A DNA stretch of 64,000 nucleotides from Candidatus Peribacteria bacterium (lineage in GTDB: Bacteria; Patescibacteriota; Gracilibacteria; Peribacterales; Peribacteraceae). Under the pieces are notes generated by a model that was given only the letters and a program-made list of their open reading frames with translations, was not told the origin of the DNA and searched no databases. The stretch is taken from the NCBI GenBank assembly GCA_043776335.1, contig JAYVRL010000011.1, forward strand, positions 23,643-87,642. The letters are read 5' to 3'. Of this stretch, positions 18,589 through 26,862 are shown piece by piece. The position numbers were made by a program, and so were the translations under genes. Every line of letters begins with the position of its first letter. The first letter of the stretch is position 1.

Positions 18589-21500
18589 GTGATTTTGCCG
18601 CCGCATTTCCTTCGTTTCGGTTCTCCGATGTTCCAGCGTTGCATTCTTCTTTCTTTGGCGCTCGCCTCGCTGACACTTGCGTGGCCCGCCGATGCGACTT
18701 TTTTCGAGCCGAAGATGGGTGATCCGCAGACGTACAAAGACATTCAGGACGGCACGCAGGAAGTGAGAGACAACATCGCGTCGGTGTCGTGCGGCGGATG
18801 GTCGGTCACGGGCGGCAAAGCGAACGGCGTTTCCGTTACGGGCGACATTCCGATCCCCGATCTCGGACATGATTTGCCCGGTCGCACGAACAGCAATCCG
18901 TTGTTCGATCCTCCGAACGGCGTCGGGCAGCGCAGCAATTTCGAATTTCCCGACACCACGTTCGGGTACAAATCTTCGTGCGACATTCTTCTCGACAAAA
19001 TGTACGACCCCGATCTGGCCAAACTGAAACCGCCGAAAGATATCATTCTGAAAGTCGACGGCGACGATCCGGGCTCCGCCGTTTCCGTGGAGATCAAAGA
19101 CGGCGCGGGCTTCATCGACGTGAATCCGAAACATTGGTGCGTGCGTTACGACAAAGCCGTGCCCGTGTGGTGCAAGAAGCTCTACGAAGAAGCGTGGCCT
19201 GCCCTCGCCGCCGCCGCTCATTCCCTCCTCGGTCGCAATACGTTTTGCCCCGATCCTCCCGCGGACGCGCTCTGGGCGCCGACGTACGTCGACAAACATT
19301 TTTGCATGGATCGTGCTCCGGCGATCTCGGACACGAACGTGTGCATCGGTCAAGAATGCCGCACGACGTGGCTTCCGGAATTCGAAAACTATATCGCCGA
19401 CTGCGCGTGGCAAGCCGCTTTCGACGCCGACGGGAATTACATCGGTCAGGTGCCCGTTGATAATCCCGCAACGACTCCGAATGGCGTGATCGGCGGGTAT
19501 GAGTTCGGACAATCAAGTTCGTACTATCGGCACTATGCCGGCGGATACATGGAACCGGGAGTGCATGTGAACGCTCCGGGCGGCGGCGGCACGTGGAACA
19601 TCCGCGCCGAGTGTTACGAATATTACAAAGAGGACGATCCGAGAGATTTCATCACGTCCAATGAAGGCGGCGGCAAAGACAACGACGAGCAGTGCGAGTT
19701 CGTCATCCATGATCCGTACAGCGAGCAAAATCCGAAGTCGCCCGAGTGGGATCCCGGAGATCATCAGCAAAAGGAAAACGTCCCCGTTCCGCCCGCGACC
19801 GATCCTGCGCGCGATCCGAGGTCGGCGCCCGATCCGTGGGTCGTCGATGACAGCACAAACCTGTCGGTCATCGACGTGAAGAAACTCCAAGATCTTCAGA
19901 AAGCATTCGATGACCCCGCTGACATCACGGGTGTCGTCGGCGCCATCATTCCGATCAAACTGCGTGCGACGCAGATCACGACGACCGATCACGCCCGCAC
20001 GGATATTTTCGACGATACCGATCATCGCGGTCTCGGGGATTTCTGGGAGAGACAGGAGAAACTTCTGCAGAAGATGGTTGTGAATCCGACGACGCGTCTT
20101 CTGATGCCCGCGCGGTTCCTCGTGGGACTCAACGAAGACAATCCGCTCTTCCAATATGTGAGAGGCATGGTCTCCAAATCGAACGGCACGGTGGAGTTGA
20201 CCCTGCGCGCAGGGCCAGAAGATCTCGGCAATGCGTTGCAATCTCTCATGAAAACATACGTCATGCCGATTCGCGAAGTTCGCATCCCGATTCTGTTGCC
20301 CTTGATGTCCGACGAAGAGATCAACGCGCGTATTTTCGATTGGCAACAATGGAAGCAACTCGAGGACAAAGATGCCGCCATTCAGGGTCGCGCGTCATTT
20401 TCCGGAGACGCGGATCCGCTCATCGCGAAGTTGCAGAACTACAAAGCCAACATTCAGCAACAGCGCGCCCTCAGGAACGCCGTCGATCGTGAACTGACGA
20501 GACTCTATGATCCCGTCCGCCAATTCGAACGGTTTATCGCCGACTGGTATCAGAGCAACACGTCCCTTCTGCAACAGGCGGCCGTGCAGGCCAAGCAGGG
20601 CCAGCAGCTGAAGCGGATCTGGCGTCATGTGCAAAACTCGATGCTCGAGGCGGATGCGTGTCAGCTGCAATGGTGCTCGAACATGCGGTACTCGCCTCCG
20701 ATTTATTCGTTGCTCGACAACTGGTGGGCGGCCGAGGGACAGCCGCTGCATGCGAGTCGCGATCAAGGTTTCCAGCCAGACAGTCTGGAGTCCGTGCCAT
20801 TCACTCCGGCGATCGATCAAATGTATGATTTTTCTTTCATCGATTTTCCGGCGACGGAATTGCTCATCCCTGTGCTCGCGCCGATTCAGGTGAAAGTGAA
20901 GCTGCCGATCCCTCCGATGATCGGTTCCAAGCCGCAGGATCCGACGGATTTTCCGGACTTGCCGAATTTGCCCGATGCGTCGGTCTTTGACGCGTTTCCG
21001 ATGCCGACCGTGCATGTGCCCGCGCAGGAATTGTTGCAGCTTCCGCCGGCGCAAGATTTGTCTGCAGCCAAAGATATTCTTCGCAAATTTCGCAAGATCG
21101 TCGACGGCAAGTCCGTGAACGATCAAATCGATGAGGAAAATGCGGAAGAGGCCAACGGCGGCATTCCGTACGATGAAGGCATGAATCCCACGATGGACCG
21201 GCACACGATGGTCGGTGCGTATTGTCGCTTCATTCCGAGCATCATGATTCCGCCGGATCCTGAGGAAAAGCACGGCAATCCCGCCAAGATTTTGCACGTG
21301 GAGAACGATCTCCGCGAACGCGCGGCGCGTCTTTTCTCACGCTGGCTCCCCGAGCGATTCGAAGATTACGCGGGTCGCATGGCGCGACTGAACAGGGATT
21401 TCCCCGCACCCGCGAAGCCCCCGTGCAAAGAAGACATCATTTGCATGTTCCTGCCGGCCGAGAAGACGACGACGGTGAAATGGCAGATGTTCTTTCTGGA

Positions 21501-21669
21501 CAATGCCACGGATTTCAATTCTTTCGGGGACAACCTCAGGAACCTGACTCTTCCGCTCAATGAGATCGACAATCCGTACGGCACCGCGACGATCAAAGTT
21601 TTGAAACGATTGTTCCCCAACATCGATTTTCCGATCACCGTCAATCTGAGTCCTTCCTCCCCCGCATGA
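18589..21669 (+). CDS. Large secreted Cys-rich hypothetical protein (cluster protein 1)
   Basis: Signal peptide ...MFQRCILLSLALASLTLAWPADA, about 17 Cys and no recognisable domain. Start is GTG 18589 (TACACT 5 nt upstream) or ATG 18628. The stop overlaps the next ATG (ATGA). Confidence 0.8.
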   Translation: MILPPHFLRFGSPMFQRCILLSLALASLTLAWPADATFFEPKMGDPQTYKDIQDGTQEVRDNIASVSCGGWSVTGGKANGVSVTGDIPIPDLGHDLPGRTNSNPLFDPPNGVGQRSNFEFPDTTFGYKSSCDILLDKMYDPDLAKLKPPKDIILKVDGDDPGSAVSVEIKDGAGFIDVNPKHWCVRYDKAVPVWCKKLYEEAWPALAAAAHSLLGRNTFCPDPPADALWAPTYVDKHFCMDRAPAISDTNVCIGQECRTTWLPEFENYIADCAWQAAFDADGNYIGQVPVDNPATTPNGVIGGYEFGQSSSYYRHYAGGYMEPGVHVNAPGGGGTWNIRAECYEYYKEDDPRDFITSNEGGGKDNDEQCEFVIHDPYSEQNPKSPEWDPGDHQQKENVPVPPATDPARDPRSAPDPWVVDDSTNLSVIDVKKLQDLQKAFDDPADITGVVGAIIPIKLRATQITTTDHARTDIFDDTDHRGLGDFWERQEKLLQKMVVNPTTRLLMPARFLVGLNEDNPLFQYVRGMVSKSNGTVELTLRAGPEDLGNALQSLMKTYVMPIREVRIPILLPLMSDEEINARIFDWQQWKQLEDKDAAIQGRASFSGDADPLIAKLQNYKANIQQQRALRNAVDRELTRLYDPVRQFERFIADWYQSNTSLLQQAAVQAKQGQQLKRIWRHVQNSMLEADACQLQWCSNMRYSPPIYSLLDNWWAAEGQPLHASRDQGFQPDSLESVPFTPAIDQMYDFSFIDFPATELLIPVLAPIQVKVKLPIPPMIGSKPQDPTDFPDLPNLPDASVFDAFPMPTVHVPAQELLQLPPAQDLSAAKDILRKFRKIVDGKSVNDQIDEENAEEANGGIPYDEGMNPTMDRHTMVGAYCRFIPSIMIPPDPEEKHGNPAKILHVENDLRERAARLFSRWLPERFEDYAGRMARLNRDFPAPAKPPCKEDIICMFLPAEKTTTVKWQMFFLDNATDFNSFGDNLRNLTLPLNEIDNPYGTATIKVLKRLFPNIDFPITVNLSPSSPA

Positions 21670-22397
21670 AGTCATTGCAAGCGCGCATCGGCCTGATCGT
21701 CGCCGGAAGCATCTGCGTTTCTGCTGTGCTGACGGGTTCGGGCAGCGCGCAGGTCACCGCGACCAAAGAGGGTTGTCGTGCGCGCATCGTCGATGAGCTC
21801 AGCGCCGCGCAGCTTGAGTATCGCGCTCACGTTTTCGGTTCGCGCAAAGACCGTGACAACACATTCACGGTGCTGACCGGCGGGGAGACGAATGCTCAGT
21901 ATCGCGGCATTTTCGAAACCCAAGGGAGACTGACGTCGGAATTGGTCTGGCCGCTCGTCGAGAGCTATCGCGTTCTCCGATGCAGAAGCACGGCCGTGTG
22001 CGAAGCGGCGAAACAATCGTTCGGCGTGACGAATCAAATGCTGAACGTTCGGCCCATCGGTTGTGAGCGTCAGCAGATTCAAAGTTATGACGAATGCAGC
22101 TTCATCAGTTCCGCCGGCACCGCGCCGCAGTCCGATCTTGCGGGCGTGCAGCAAGAATGCGGGGTTCTCGTCGGAGAATCGTTGAAGGCCGAGAGGTCGG
22201 TGTTGAGATTGGCCGTGAGTTACGACAGCGGATATCGCGCGGCTTTGCAGCTTGGCGGGATGATCGATTGGATGCAGGAAGATCTTCCGAGCAAGGCGCT
22301 CAAACCGGTGCGTGACATGATCAATCTTCTTGGCAAACTCCACGAAATTCCCTGTTTCATAGGCGAGTGTGACAGCCCCGATACTTCCGGTCTCTGA
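21666..22397 (+). CDS. Secreted Cys-rich hypothetical protein (cluster protein 2)
   Basis: Signal peptide MKSLQARIGLIVAGSICVSAVLTGSGSAQV. Nine mature-region Cys. ATGA-coupled to protein 1. Confidence 0.75.
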   Translation: MKSLQARIGLIVAGSICVSAVLTGSGSAQVTATKEGCRARIVDELSAAQLEYRAHVFGSRKDRDNTFTVLTGGETNAQYRGIFETQGRLTSELVWPLVESYRVLRCRSTAVCEAAKQSFGVTNQMLNVRPIGCERQQIQSYDECSFISSAGTAPQSDLAGVQQECGVLVGESLKAERSVLRLAVSYDSGYRAALQLGGMIDWMQEDLPSKALKPVRDMINLLGKLHEIPCFIGECDSPDTSGL

Positions 22398-22400
22398 TCC

Positions 22401-23372
22401 ATGAACATTCGTTCCCTCCTCGTCGGCTTCAGAACAACGCTTCCTCTTCGAGTGAAGAAGCACGGCACGATCATCGCGGTTCTCACGCTTCTTCTGATCG
22501 TCGGTGTTTCGTCGAATGTGATCGTGAAGATGCAGCCGGCCCACGGTCAGATCCCCGGAGCCGGAGGGAGTTCCAGCAGTGCGGACGAGAATTTGCGCGC
22601 GTGCAGCTCCGTCGGGACGATTTTTGAAAACGTGTACAACCTGACGGATGTCATGGCGCTCTTCAAACAACGGGCGTCCGGAGTCGTCAAAGAACGCGAA
22701 GATTTTCTCATGACGCCCTCGAAGTGGCAGTGTTTGCCGGGTCAAACGGGCAGCGCCGATCCGCCGATGCCGCAGCTTCAGCAGCTTGCGGCGAATATGC
22801 CCGGTTGGTATTTCCGCTACGGGACGCCCGGAAACATGACGACGATTTTCAAGCCGGTGTCCTTCACCGCGTTTTCTTCGGTCCTCGGCGAATTTGAACG
22901 GGAGTACGAGTGCAAACTCTCGGAGTTTCAAGTCAGCGCTTTCGCGGACGTTGCGATCAACAATGATTTGAAAACCGGCGAGCAACCGCCGAATCAATTT
23001 TGTTGCGATGTCTCCACCAATACATGCGTCCTCGCGACGGATCCGACGTATTGCTCGAGCCCTCCGACGGACGACGCCCAATGCAACTTGGCGTGCGATC
23101 TCGGTCCGACGATGTATGACTTCGGCACTCGCCCCCTTCCGTATGTGCAGCTGCAGCTTGTGGAGCGCCAGCGTGCCCGGGTCGCCGTGGAACGAACGAT
23201 CTTGGCGATGCGTTCGTTTGAGATCAACTACGCCTACGCCAAGCAACTCACGTGTTTCCAGCGCGCGTCCCTCGACCTGAAGAACGAACTCGGGTTGCTC
23301 GCCGACACCACCAGTTGCATGCCGAGAATTTGGGACGCAGTGACTTCGCTTCACGACCGCAAAGGCCAATGA
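22401..23372 (+). CDS. Membrane-anchored Cys-rich hypothetical protein (cluster protein 3)
   Basis: N-terminal signal-anchor GTIIAVLTLLLIVGVSSNVIV and 12 Cys, including a CCDVSTNTCVLATDPTYC cluster. Starts 3 nt after the protein 2 stop. Confidence 0.75.
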   Translation: MNIRSLLVGFRTTLPLRVKKHGTIIAVLTLLLIVGVSSNVIVKMQPAHGQIPGAGGSSSSADENLRACSSVGTIFENVYNLTDVMALFKQRASGVVKEREDFLMTPSKWQCLPGQTGSADPPMPQLQQLAANMPGWYFRYGTPGNMTTIFKPVSFTAFSSVLGEFEREYECKLSEFQVSAFADVAINNDLKTGEQPPNQFCCDVSTNTCVLATDPTYCSSPPTDDAQCNLACDLGPTMYDFGTRPLPYVQLQLVERQRARVAVERTILAMRSFEINYAYAKQLTCFQRASLDLKNELGLLADTTSCMPRIWDAVTSLHDRKGQ

Positions 23373-25183
23373 AATACGCGCGCATCCTCGCATCGGCATC
23401 ATTGATTCTCCTGTTGCCCCAAGCAGTCGGAGCCCAGTCGATGTTCGACATCTTCTTCGATGATGCGAAGCGGACCAAAATCAACGTGTATCCTAGCCAG
23501 AAGGTCAAAAAGTTCATCGTGGATGAAATGCAAGACTGGGAAGGAAACGGCATTCAATTGGTCTCCGGCGATATCAACGCTGCGGTGGACAACAAAACGG
23601 CGACGGACAACAATGACGGATTGTGTCAGAACAAAGTCGACGCGTCGGGCAACGATCTTGAGCTGTCGCAGGAGAAATGCGCGGATCTCAGAGACGCCAT
23701 TCTTTCTCTCGTGAAAGACGAAGAACAGGCGGATGCGCTGGGCGATGATCTTATCGCCGCGGCCAACGGATCCGAGCTCGCCACCGCCGATGAGCCCCAT
23801 CGTCCCGTGAAGATGGGCACGCTCAGTTTGCTGATCAAACGTGTGTGGTCCGGCACCGGCGTCAGCATCATTCCGTGGGACGGCACCGCGGACAGTGAGG
23901 TGTCGACTCTCGAGGGAGCATTGAACGGACTGAGCCCCGACGAGCTGGAGGAGGCGGTGCTTCGCTACCATCACGGCTATTTCCGGGACCAACGCGAAGC
24001 GGATCCGAGATTCTCGGGAATCGCGAACTCCGTGGGGAATGCGCTTTCGCAAATCGCGAGCAAACTTTCCATCAACGGCGAACCGAAAGACACGGGCGAA
24101 TTCGCCACGCCGAAATTGCAAGTGAAGAACGTGGCTCTGTGGGCGAGAAAGGATGATCTCGGCATCCAGTGGGTGTATCCCGAGCACAGTCTGCGACTGA
24201 AGGTGAAAAGGGCGGATCAGTATCCGTCGCTGTTTCAGGGCGCGGGCAGCGGCATGCTCGCATACCCCTTCGAATTTGAAGGCACGACGGCACCGACCGA
24301 TGCGGGCCTGAAGTCGCCGCTGTGCAGTCGCACGACCGGTGTCCACGGTTATCTCTGTCATCCCGTGTCGCTGACGACTCCCGAGTGCAACAATGACGCG
24401 CCTGACACCATCAATCTTGTTCTGTGTTCCAAAAAAACGAAGCAGACGGTCGCGGGTCCGGACGCGTGTTCCGATTTCAAAGACCTCTTCCTCGACGACG
24501 GTCAGCCGATCCTCGATCCCAATGATTCGGCGCGCATCAATCCGAATCTGACGCAGGCTGACAAGGCCAAGGTTTGTTCGCCTGACACGAAAATTTTGTA
24601 TCAGGACGACATCAGCGCCCATGCGTGCTACATCAGTCTCTGCGTCGCTCAGTCGATGAGCGGGCACACGTTGGTGCCGAATCGCAACACGGTCGTCACC
24701 AACGAAGCGACATCGCCGTATCTCTCCTGCATTCGCGCCGATCCTCAACTCGGCCTCTACAGTGAGAGCGCGGTGAAATCTCCGTTTCCGCTTCCCGCAT
24801 ACGTCGGAGACAAATTAGTGCAGGATTTCGAACGCGAGTATTGCTTGAAGAACGGCGATGCCGCGAGACCGACACTCGGAGACTGCATCTTCAAGACGGA
24901 TCAGGTGGCCAATTCTCCGTCCATTGCTCAGGAGAGAGTGATGTACAGGATCGTGACGGAAGCGAGTCAGGTCGCGCAAGATCAGGATGCGTTCTTATCC
25001 CTTGCGAGCGCGATCGGTCAGCGAGCGGCGCTCGATCAGACCGTGTTGATGGAGCAGAAATTGTTCGCGTCCGTCGCGCAATTCATCCAGCAGATGGCGG
25101 ATCTGTTTCTGGAGCTGAAGCGCGCTCCGGTCACGACCGTCGCTTGTCCGTGGACGGGGCCTTTCCATGAACTTGGCAAATAA
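23369..25183 (+). CDS. Secreted Cys-rich hypothetical protein (cluster protein 4)
   Basis: Signal peptide MKYARILASASLILLLPQAVGAQS. About 14 Cys. ATGA overlap with protein 3. Confidence 0.78.
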   Translation: MKYARILASASLILLLPQAVGAQSMFDIFFDDAKRTKINVYPSQKVKKFIVDEMQDWEGNGIQLVSGDINAAVDNKTATDNNDGLCQNKVDASGNDLELSQEKCADLRDAILSLVKDEEQADALGDDLIAAANGSELATADEPHRPVKMGTLSLLIKRVWSGTGVSIIPWDGTADSEVSTLEGALNGLSPDELEEAVLRYHHGYFRDQREADPRFSGIANSVGNALSQIASKLSINGEPKDTGEFATPKLQVKNVALWARKDDLGIQWVYPEHSLRLKVKRADQYPSLFQGAGSGMLAYPFEFEGTTAPTDAGLKSPLCSRTTGVHGYLCHPVSLTTPECNNDAPDTINLVLCSKKTKQTVAGPDACSDFKDLFLDDGQPILDPNDSARINPNLTQADKAKVCSPDTKILYQDDISAHACYISLCVAQSMSGHTLVPNRNTVVTNEATSPYLSCIRADPQLGLYSESAVKSPFPLPAYVGDKLVQDFEREYCLKNGDAARPTLGDCIFKTDQVANSPSIAQERVMYRIVTEASQVAQDQDAFLSLASAIGQRAALDQTVLMEQKLFASVAQFIQQMADLFLELKRAPVTTVACPWTGPFHELGK

Positions 25184-25184
25184 C

Positions 25185-26822
25185 ATGCGTCGTTTTTTCC
25201 TCCTCATCGGCCTTCTCCTCATTCCCACCGCGGTGTCGGCCGCCGCGTTGTCTCCGTGGGTCGATCATGTGATTTCCCGCGCTGAGAATGCGAAGAGTTT
25301 CGCTCTCGGATTGCCAGTCGGGAGCTGCGAAGATGTCGCAGTGATGCAGGAAATCGAGAATAATCTCAGCCTCGTTCGGTCATCCGTGAATGCCAGCGTC
25401 GATCTCGCGCAGGAAGCGCAATTTACGAAGGAACGCACGGTGTGTTTCCAAAGTGATCGACGATTGCTCGAGGATGAGCTGAAGAAAATTTTGGACGCGC
25501 TGAACGGCACCGCCGCCTCTTGCAATGCGCAGGCCGCCACCGCGCTCCGCGAGGATTATGCGTTCCTCGCCGACGCCTATCGATCCTTCCTCCGCGGTTC
25601 GGCAGATCCGGGATTCAAAGACGACACCCTTTGGTATACGTATCCGTTTGAAAATCAGACTCTCTGGGACAACGGATCCGAGAAAGTCTACGACGAGAAT
25701 TCGACCGAACCGCTCTGTCCGTACACCACTGATTACGGTCCGCATGCCATCGCCTACATTCCCGCATCAGGAGCGGTGGGAGTGGGCAGTCCGTCTTTTG
25801 ACATCAAGAGTTACGGTTGTGACAAAGAGACGATCAACGCGCTTCCTTTGGGCATTCCGATCGAGATGTCGGATTTCACGGACTTTCTCGACCATACCGA
25901 CTCTTTGGCTTCGGATTTATACACGCTGATCAGCCAAACGCTCTTCAACATCAACAGCACGATCGCGATTTTGACGTCGAAGACTCCTCCGACTCCTCCG
26001 ACGGGCGCGGCTTCGCCCCCTCCTCATGCCGTCGCGAGCGGCTGTCTTCGTCCGCCATCCCCCGAGCTTGGCGGTGGGGGCGATCCTGCCGCGGTCGATC
26101 AGATTCTCGACTCGTACCCCGATTATTTCGATGAGAAAAATCTGAGAATCGATCCGGCAACGGGCCAGCCGACGTTCAATCCTCCGCAAGATTTGTTATT
26201 GCCGGTCGGGATGCTCTTTCGGCCGACCACTGATTTTTTCCTGTCCATGCCGAATGCACTCATTCTCAGTCGCGCGTTCATCGCGAAGCAGAACGATGCG
26301 GGTTTTGATCGACCGTTGCCGAATTGGGCGACGGGCACGAACTACGACGATATGTTTCAGGTCGTGAGTCGCATGGTCGACAGTCCCGACATGTTGCGCT
26401 TTATCTCCTCCAACATTCAGGGGGAATCCGGCTTCTATGACGCCGTCGGCCGAGACAGTTACGAGCGCAACGGGGAGGCCGCAAAACCGCTGGAGAAAGC
26501 CGTGCAAGCGCTCTCCGATATCACCGAGAATTATTTCCCGAAAAAGTACGTGCCGCAGGTCACGTATTTGCTTCTTCGTTCGTGCGTCGACGCCCATTGC
26601 CAGAAGACGCTCGACACCGTTGCGCGTCGCATTTTGAATCCGTTCTGCCACCCCTATGTTTCCGGCAAATACACGGATCAGAAACTGGCGGACAAATGTT
26701 TCTGCAGAAACGGTTTTGAGAACGAGAATTTTTGCATGGGCCAGTCGAACATGGGTTCGCAGCCCGATGCGGAGTTGCAGTGCGGAGAGCCGACATCCTC
26801 TTCTTCCTCGGCGGGTCCATAA
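25185..26822 (+). CDS. Secreted Cys-rich hypothetical protein (cluster protein 5)
   Basis: Signal peptide MRRFFLLIGLLLIPTAVSAAA. About 13 Cys and a Pro-rich linker TPPTPPTGAASPPP. ATG 25185 lies 1 nt after the protein 4 stop; ATG 25167 is the alternative. Confidence 0.78.
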   Translation: MRRFFLLIGLLLIPTAVSAAALSPWVDHVISRAENAKSFALGLPVGSCEDVAVMQEIENNLSLVRSSVNASVDLAQEAQFTKERTVCFQSDRRLLEDELKKILDALNGTAASCNAQAATALREDYAFLADAYRSFLRGSADPGFKDDTLWYTYPFENQTLWDNGSEKVYDENSTEPLCPYTTDYGPHAIAYIPASGAVGVGSPSFDIKSYGCDKETINALPLGIPIEMSDFTDFLDHTDSLASDLYTLISQTLFNINSTIAILTSKTPPTPPTGAASPPPHAVASGCLRPPSPELGGGGDPAAVDQILDSYPDYFDEKNLRIDPATGQPTFNPPQDLLLPVGMLFRPTTDFFLSMPNALILSRAFIAKQNDAGFDRPLPNWATGTNYDDMFQVVSRMVDSPDMLRFISSNIQGESGFYDAVGRDSYERNGEAAKPLEKAVQALSDITENYFPKKYVPQVTYLLLRSCVDAHCQKTLDTVARRILNPFCHPYVSGKYTDQKLADKCFCRNGFENENFCMGQSNMGSQPDAELQCGEPTSSSSSAGP

Positions 26823-26850
26823 AAAGCTTCCGATAAGGCTCTGAGGACTC

Positions 26851-26856
26851 TACGAT
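26851..26856 (+). promoter_or_regulatory. -10-like TACGAT 6 nt upstream of the dnaE GTG
   Basis: ctcTACGATagccgcGTG. No SD is present. Confidence 0.4.
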
Positions 26857-26862
26857 AGCCGC

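Noticed and set aside
17548-19512. A 654-aa ORF that would extend ssb upstream by about 370 residues.
   Set aside because: The extension is antisense to the signal-peptide-bearing cluster protein 1 and is Arg-rich. The SSB homology begins exactly at ATG 18399.
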